This document shows, in pieces, positions 58,249 to 64,000 of a stretch of DNA of 64,000 nucleotides. The notes below the pieces were generated by a model. It did not search any database. It was given only the letters and a program-made list of their open reading frames with translations, and was not told the origin of the DNA. Source of the stretch: an uncultured Alphaproteobacteria bacterium (GTDB lineage: Bacteria; Pseudomonadota; Alphaproteobacteria; ATCC43930; CGMCC-115725); NCBI GenBank assembly GCA_963781215.1, contig CAWAFE010000035.1, positions 91,536 to 155,535 on the forward strand. The letters run 5' to 3'. The stretch's first letter is position 1, and every line of letters starts with the position of its first letter. A program made the translations under genes and the position numbers.

Positions 58249-58566
58249 ATGGAGAGCCAACTTTATTTTCCTTGGTGGCATGAGGATCAACAACTGATCT
58301 CAATGGAGAAGCAGATGGACATTGACAGGATCAAGACCTTTCCAGGCTCCGCCGATCGCATCAGGGCGCTGCTCGCGCGGCGGGACGCAATCGAAGAACA
58401 GCACGACAAACTGACTGAGGAGCGCATCGCCCTTGACGATGAATTAGAACAGCTCACCGGCGTGCCCGCAAACAGCCGAATGATGCGCACACGCGCTCCG
58501 CAGAAATGCAGTCTCTGCGGGAACGAAGGACATAGCAAGCGGACTTGTCCGCAGAAAGGCTCATGA
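58249..58566 (+). CDS. small coiled-coil protein with C-terminal CCHC zinc knuckle
   Basis: CSLCGNEGHSKRTCPQ = C-X2-C-X4-H-X4-C. Preceded by a helical RIRALLARRDAIEEQHDKLTEERIALDDELEQL segment. An alternative start is at 58303. Confidence 0.6.
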   Translation: MESQLYFPWWHEDQQLISMEKQMDIDRIKTFPGSADRIRALLARRDAIEEQHDKLTEERIALDDELEQLTGVPANSRMMRTRAPQKCSLCGNEGHSKRTCPQKGS

Positions 58567-58802
58567 TGGAGTTCATCACCACAGAAGAGCTGCGCCAATG
58601 GCTCGCCATGTGGCAACGGATGAAGCACCTCTATGAAACCCAACACTACGAGCAAGCGGTCACCGAATTCGGCGCCGATATGGTTGCGCACTTCAACCTC
58701 GACGACATCGAAGAGGCTATCCACCGCGTCGAAGCTCAGCTCGCATCCCGAGGAGCCCGCTACATAGCACGAGCCCCTTCCGCAAGACCGTCAGCGGGAT
58801 AG
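58563..58802 (+). CDS. hypothetical small protein
   Basis: ATGA overlap with the zinc-knuckle gene. MMEFITTEELRQWLAMWQRMKHLYETQHYEQ... Confidence 0.45.
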   Translation: MMEFITTEELRQWLAMWQRMKHLYETQHYEQAVTEFGADMVAHFNLDDIEEAIHRVEAQLASRGARYIARAPSARPSAG

Positions 58803-58921
58803 CGATGCGGCTGGGGGCTTACCCGGATTCCATCGCGAGGGGTTCGTGCAAGGGGCCGACACGCTTCCCTTAACTTCCAGGTTCGAGGCCACCGACATGA
58901 TCGGAGCTTGAATGACGATGG

Positions 58922-59212
58922 TTGAGCGAGCCAATAGCGCCGAGCATATTGTCGCAGCGCGCGAGCACGCGACTCCATGCCCGGCGCACATGCGTCCATG
59001 TGATCGTCTGCCATGACCTCAACGCGCGGGCGCACACACTCTATGAGATGTTCGGTTTCGCGCAGCGGGTTTCGCCCGAGGTGTTGGACGCGCTGACCCG
59101 CGAATTGGCCCAGGACATCATTCAAGACGCCGACCTCCTTATCCGCGAGCTTATGGGAATAAAAATGTTCGCGGAGAGCCAACTGGCGAAACTGCCAGCC
59201 CCCGATTTTTAA
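58922..59212 (+). CDS. hypothetical protein (weak)
   Basis: 96-aa ORF; the C-terminal two thirds look protein-like (HTLYEMFGFAQRVSPEVLDALTRELAQDIIQDADLLIREL). Non-ATG start. Confidence 0.3.
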   Translation: MSEPIAPSILSQRASTRLHARRTCVHVIVCHDLNARAHTLYEMFGFAQRVSPEVLDALTRELAQDIIQDADLLIRELMGIKMFAESQLAKLPAPDF

Positions 59213-59353
59213 AAGAGTTGCCAGGACAAGGCACGATGAGCAATTGACCCAGCTGCTCAAAAACATTGAACTATGGGTGCCCAATTGAGGAGGCAGAGAT
59301 GACGGCTACGACATCGAACCGCAAACGGTACTACTATTAAAAGGAGACGGGCG

Positions 59354-59855
59354 ATGCGCAAATTCTGGGCCGCATTGGGCTCTGCCGTCTTCTTCGTGAT
59401 CGCGCCGGGTACCGTGGCGGGATTTCTGCCCTGGGCGATTTCGCGCGGCGAGATGCAGCCGGCGTTGTTCGGGCAGGACTGGCTCCGCATCGTCGGCGGG
59501 GTGCTCGTGTTCCTCGGACTTGTGCCGCTGCTCAATTCGTTTTTGCGCTTCGCGCTCGAAGGGCTCGGCACGCCCGCCCCGATCGCGCCGACGCAGCACC
59601 TTGTGGTCACGGGGTTCTATCGCCGCGTGCGCAACCCGATGTATGTCGGCGTTGTCGCCATCGTCCTCGGCGAAGCGCTGCTGCTCGGCGCTGTGGCGCT
59701 GCTGTGGTACGCGGCGGTCGTGTGGCTCGCCTTCCATCTGTTCGTGCTGGGCTATGAAGAACCGACGCTGGGCCGCAGCTTCGGTGACGAATACAAAACC
59801 TATCGCGAGAACGTTCCGCGCTGGCTGCCGCGCCTGACGGCCTGGCGGCAGACCG

Positions 59856-59863
<8 letters not shown>
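59354..59863 (+). CDS. isoprenylcysteine carboxyl methyltransferase (ICMT)/PEMT-like membrane methyltransferase
   Basis: 4-5 TM helices; LVVTGFYRRVRNPMYVG and EEPTLGRSFGDEYKTYRENVPRW motifs. Confidence 0.75.
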
Positions 59864-60881
<1,018 letters not shown>

Positions 60882-61083
60882 CAGGCGCACGACAGCGCTT
60901 CGCCGAGGCGCTTGCGACGCGCGCAACGAGCAACAATTCTCGCGTGCTCGATCGCCATTCAAGCGCGTCCGGAACAAGCGATTTCGTGATCGGCGCCGCG
61001 GTCGGGTCGCCAACCGATCATCATCAAGGAGTTCTCCCCAGGTGCAGGCAGGCCGCAACGAAAGCGGCGCATATAATGAGCAA

Positions 61084-62559
61084 ATGTCCGAACAAGCTCT
61101 CCACGGACAGCGGCCAGCACAAAATTCAAAAAATGCCGGCAAGCTCTATATCGAGAACAATTTACTCCGCGTCGCGGGCGCGCTCTTTTGTCACGATCAG
61201 AAGCGCGCAGCGACGCGGAGGAGTGAGATCCTCTTAAATCCAAACATTGCAGAAAAGCGGATCGTCATTCGACCGGACCCGAGGCTCGGTCAGCCCGGCC
61301 CCCTGGCACACAAGGTATTCGTCGCATTGATCAAAAAACATTCGGACCAGGGCCGACCGGTGCCAAACGAGATCTCTTTTACCCGGCGGGAAATTGGCCG
61401 TCTGATCGGCCGGAAGGATTGGGGCGGAAAGGACAGCGAACAGCTCTCGCGAGCACTCCATGAGATTCACTACACGTTTATCAAAACGCATTTCAAGAAA
61501 GCAGGCGGGCGCTATGTCGAACATTCGTTCAACATCTTTCCGCAGATCTTTATCGAGCGGCGCGAGTTTGAGAGCGACCCGATCGAGGCGTGCACCGTTA
61601 TGCTTGCGGAGCCCATCGTCCAATCTTTGCAAGAGGATCATTTCGTCTGCCTCAATCACGACCTGATGCAGCAGCTCGGTACGATAGGGCAGGCGCTGTA
61701 CATGCGCCTCTTCTTCCACTTTGCGAACCTCTATACCTCTCCCGCGCAACATCTCGCGTTCCAAAAGAGATACCCGGACATCTGCGCGGAATGGCTCGGC
61801 GGCCTCACCGTCCATGCCCACCGCTCCGTCGTCGAGCACAACCAGCTCGGCCCGCATCTCCGGCAGCTCGTCGAGAGCCGCTTTCTCGAGACCTACGGTA
61901 TCGAGAAATCGAAGTCCGACGCAGGGCTCATCGTCAGCTTCGAGCCGGGGGCACGGTTCTACGACGACTATGATCGTTTCTATCGCCGCCGCTCGCGCAG
62001 TGCCCGCTCAACAGGTACAAGACCGGAGACGCGGGAGATTGGCGAGCCCCTGAAGCTCGCGTACCTCTTTACGGAGAAGCGCACCGGAGAGCGCGTGTCA
62101 TCGGTCGCGTTCGTTAACTCGAAGGACGTGAACACGGCAAAGCAGATCCTCTCCGAGATCCCTTTCGAGGAAGCGCCGGCGTTCCTCGACTTCGCGCTTG
62201 CGGCGGCGCGCGAAACAAATTTCGATGTCCAGACCCTCGGGGGAGTGCGCCAGTATCTCGCCCGCTTCAAAGCGCGCCAGGCGGCCGAGACATCTGCGGC
62301 GCGCACAAAGGCAGCAACGCAACAGCAAGAAGACGATCGGCTGGCATATGACCGATATCGCCGCGAACTAGCCGACAGGGTATTCAACACATTGCCGGCG
62401 AAAGAGCAGAAGGTGATCGAGCAACTGGCCGCAAAGTCTGCCGCGCGGTTCCGAGGGTCGCTGCGCGCATCAATGATCCGCACGTACCGCGCACGAATCA
62501 CCACCGAACGTCACCCTGAGGGCATCAAGACCATGGAGCAGTGGCGAGCAGCAGCGTGA
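61084..62559 (+). CDS. repA: replication initiator protein A (RPA/PF10134-like RepA)
   Basis: ATG at the 99th codon of ORF 60790-62559. ISFTRREIGRLIGRKDWGGKDSEQLSRALHEIHYTFIKTHF...ALYMRLFFHFANLY pattern of the alphaproteobacterial plasmid RPA family. Iterons lie directly downstream. Confidence 0.75.
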   Translation: MSEQALHGQRPAQNSKNAGKLYIENNLLRVAGALFCHDQKRAATRRSEILLNPNIAEKRIVIRPDPRLGQPGPLAHKVFVALIKKHSDQGRPVPNEISFTRREIGRLIGRKDWGGKDSEQLSRALHEIHYTFIKTHFKKAGGRYVEHSFNIFPQIFIERREFESDPIEACTVMLAEPIVQSLQEDHFVCLNHDLMQQLGTIGQALYMRLFFHFANLYTSPAQHLAFQKRYPDICAEWLGGLTVHAHRSVVEHNQLGPHLRQLVESRFLETYGIEKSKSDAGLIVSFEPGARFYDDYDRFYRRRSRSARSTGTRPETREIGEPLKLAYLFTEKRTGERVSSVAFVNSKDVNTAKQILSEIPFEEAPAFLDFALAAARETNFDVQTLGGVRQYLARFKARQAAETSAARTKAATQQQEDDRLAYDRYRRELADRVFNTLPAKEQKVIEQLAAKSAARFRGSLRASMIRTYRARITTERHPEGIKTMEQWRAAA

Positions 62560-62590
62560 AAGGCCCACGCGTTATTCGGTGCCTATACCG

Positions 62591-62830
62591 GGTCGAGCGG
62601 TCGAGCCGCACAAACGGGGTGTGGGTTCTGACTAAAAACCGTGTGGGTTTTGAAAAAAATGGGTGTGGGTTCTGACTAAACAGCGAAATGAGCGAATGGC
62701 TTAACATCATGGTTTTCTCATGAAAAGTGGGTCTGTAATATATATTCTTATATATCTATACACAGCGAGCTGCTGTATTGTTTCTCTGAAATCGAATGTG
62801 TGTTTTCTCATAAAGAAGAAGTGGTTCGTT
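62591..62830. repeat. candidate oriV: iterons plus AT-rich region
   Basis: GGTCGAGC x2 in tandem (62591-62606). 19-bp GGTGTGGGTTCTGACTAAA at 62618 and 62662, with a degenerate copy at 62640 (22-bp phasing). Then the most AT-rich stretch of the window (62700-62830), containing GTTTTCTCATRAA twice. Confidence 0.65.
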
Positions 62831-62834
62831 GATC

Positions 62835-63142
62835 GGGGTTGTTGGGCAACCCCGCCTTATGCCCCGCCTTTAGGGTAAGGCGGGGAAGCGGTCGAGAATA
62901 TGGCTTTGCAGCAAGTCGCGCGCGTCGGGCTACCCGCCCGACTCCGAGCGAATTTCGGCGTCCGCCTGTGGGCAGGCGCCGACTTCAGCAGCGGGCGAGT
63001 GTGCTGGGGCATCACTCGCCCTCCGCTTCGCCCCGCGCTCTCCCGCCTCGCTGCCGCTGCGGCGGTCGAGCACGGTGAACCCGCTCGGAGTCGGGCGGGG
63101 ACGCCGACGGGACCGACAGACAAGGCGGGGGAGCGCGGGGCG
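62835..63142. repeat. GC-rich non-coding block of nested and interleaved inverted repeats
   Basis: Hairpins at 62835-62853, 62862-62885 and 62993-63021. An 18-bp perfect IR pairs 62933-62950 with 63082-63099. A 19-bp IR (1 mismatch) pairs 63029-63047 with 63124-63142. Confidence 0.8.
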
Positions 63143-63284
63143 CGATCGAAAGCAGCGCCGACACACACAGGTGAAATTCAGTGTGTTAAGTTGTATTGCA
63201 ATCGTACAGCCGGCGGGCTATCGTTGGGGACCCAGAAGGACCTGGCGAGTGGTTTTGGCCACCGTTGCACATTGGGAGGGGACA

Positions 63285-64000
63285 GTGAGCAAATTGCGTT
63301 TGACCTTTAATAATATTATTCCCGCATTCATATTAGCTACAACACTTTCCTTTTCTCCGCACAAAGCATCTAGCAGCGTTCTCTACAGCGGCGACAATTG
63401 CGTCACGCCGACTTCGATAACGATATCCTGTTCTATGGCCGATGGATCGCTGAGCGTCACCCCACCGGATATAGTGTCCGTCGATGACCTCACCGTGGGG
63501 CAGGCCGGAGGAGGCTTTCTCGGACAAGCAACAATTTCCGGCGTCGGCGCCGGGATCACCGTAGCCAGTCAACTGACTGTTGGCACCAATGGCGGCGTCG
63601 GACTGCTGAATATCCAGGACGGCGGGCACCTCAATTTCTCGGGGACAGTAGCAAGTATCGGCTTCTTTGGAGGTGCATACGCCTCCCTAGGAACCATCAA
63701 CATCCTGGGAAATGGATCGAGTGTAAGTCTTTCGGGAACGACAAGTGTTGGTGGTGGTACCTCTGACACCGGCACAATAAATGTCGGTTCCGGAGGCGTG
63801 CTCACTGCAAGATTGCTGCAACTGGGTGGGGCGGCAGGTGGTCAGGCCTTTCTCACCGTCGGCAGCGGTGGTACTGCCAATGTTGATGGCTTGTCGATCG
63901 AGAGTGGAAAAGCCACCATCGAAGGAAGCATGAATGCAGGCTCGATCGGTCGCGGAATCGGACCTTTCCCGTCGTCTCTGAACGTTACCTCGGGTGGATC
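63285..64000 (+). CDS. secreted Gly/Thr/Ser-rich repeat protein, autotransporter-passenger/adhesin-like (5' part; runs off window)
   Basis: GGGAGGGG then GTG 63285. Signal-peptide-like SKLRLTFNNIIPAFILATTLSFSPHKASS, then an open frame to the window end with repeated G-x-G...V/L-x-V-G-x-x-G motifs (TVGTNGGVGLLNIQDGGHLNFSG, INVGSGGVLTA, LTVGSGGTANVDG). Not in the ORF track because no stop lies inside the window. Confidence 0.65.
   Translation, partial: MSKLRLTFNNIIPAFILATTLSFSPHKASSSVLYSGDNCVTPTSITISCSMADGSLSVTPPDIVSVDDLTVGQAGGGFLGQATISGVGAGITVASQLTVGTNGGVGLLNIQDGGHLNFSGTVASIGFFGGAYASLGTINILGNGSSVSLSGTTSVGGGTSDTGTINVGSGGVLTARLLQLGGAAGGQAFLTVGSGGTANVDGLSIESGKATIEGSMNAGSIGRGIGPFPSSLNVTSGG

Noticed and set aside
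62900-63310. 136-aa plus-strand ORF in the GC-rich inverted-repeat block
   Set aside because: The translation is low-complexity (R/A/G/P-rich). The ORF spans palindromic DNA whose two arms would encode unrelated peptides, and it has no RBS. I treat the region as non-coding.

Overview
High-GC alphaproteobacterial chromosomal segment (taxon inferred from gene order and protein families only).

- **1-22.5 kb:** the conserved origin-proximal neighbourhood. coaE-aroE-maf-DUF299 lie on the minus strand. A 392-bp gap is a candidate Cori-type origin. hemE-hemH-hemJ-rho lie on the plus strand. Further on come mnmE and mnmG-rsmG-parA-parB, with a perfect parS inside rsmG. The normally contiguous mnmE-mnmG junction is split by a 4.1-kb accessory islet: decayed IS1595 transposase, MerR-DUF433/DUF5615 pair, PF06042-like nucleotidyltransferase, MazEF.
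- **22.5-31.5 kb:** accessory metabolic and transport genes. These are binding proteins, an FkbM methyltransferase, a CoA-transferase, and a NitT/TauT-type ABC transporter with tandemly duplicated NMT1/THI5-like binding proteins.
- **31.5-52.2 kb:** housekeeping again. accA-xerD, aroK-aroB, a kefB-like antiporter, bolA, argB, engB-yidC-yidD-rnpA-rpmH, a twin diiron-protein plus LPG-synthase-TM/HpnL-like operon, a TVP38 plus MerA-like pair, a histidine kinase, and rlmI.
- **52.3 kb to window end:** a lower-GC integrated plasmid-like mobilizable island. It begins at a tRNA-Arg(ACG) gene truncated in its anticodon stem. It carries:
  - a P4-type integrase and AlpA;
  - a three-gene membrane/T4CP-like ATPase operon;
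  - a replication-relaxation protein and a CCHC zinc-knuckle protein;
  - an ICMT-like methyltransferase and an HTH protein;
  - RepA (RPA family) with iterons and an AT-rich stretch;
  - a GC-rich block of interleaved inverted repeats;
  - the 5' part of an adhesin-like gene.

About ten single-nucleotide frame breaks occur (hemJ, mnmG twice, rsmG, mazE, transposase, binding protein, permease, island HTH gene). Either the assembly carries indel errors or the genome is decaying, and every pseudogene call here depends on which. No rRNA, CRISPR array or cas genes were seen. All family names are from my reading of the translated ORFs and motifs; no database search was run.
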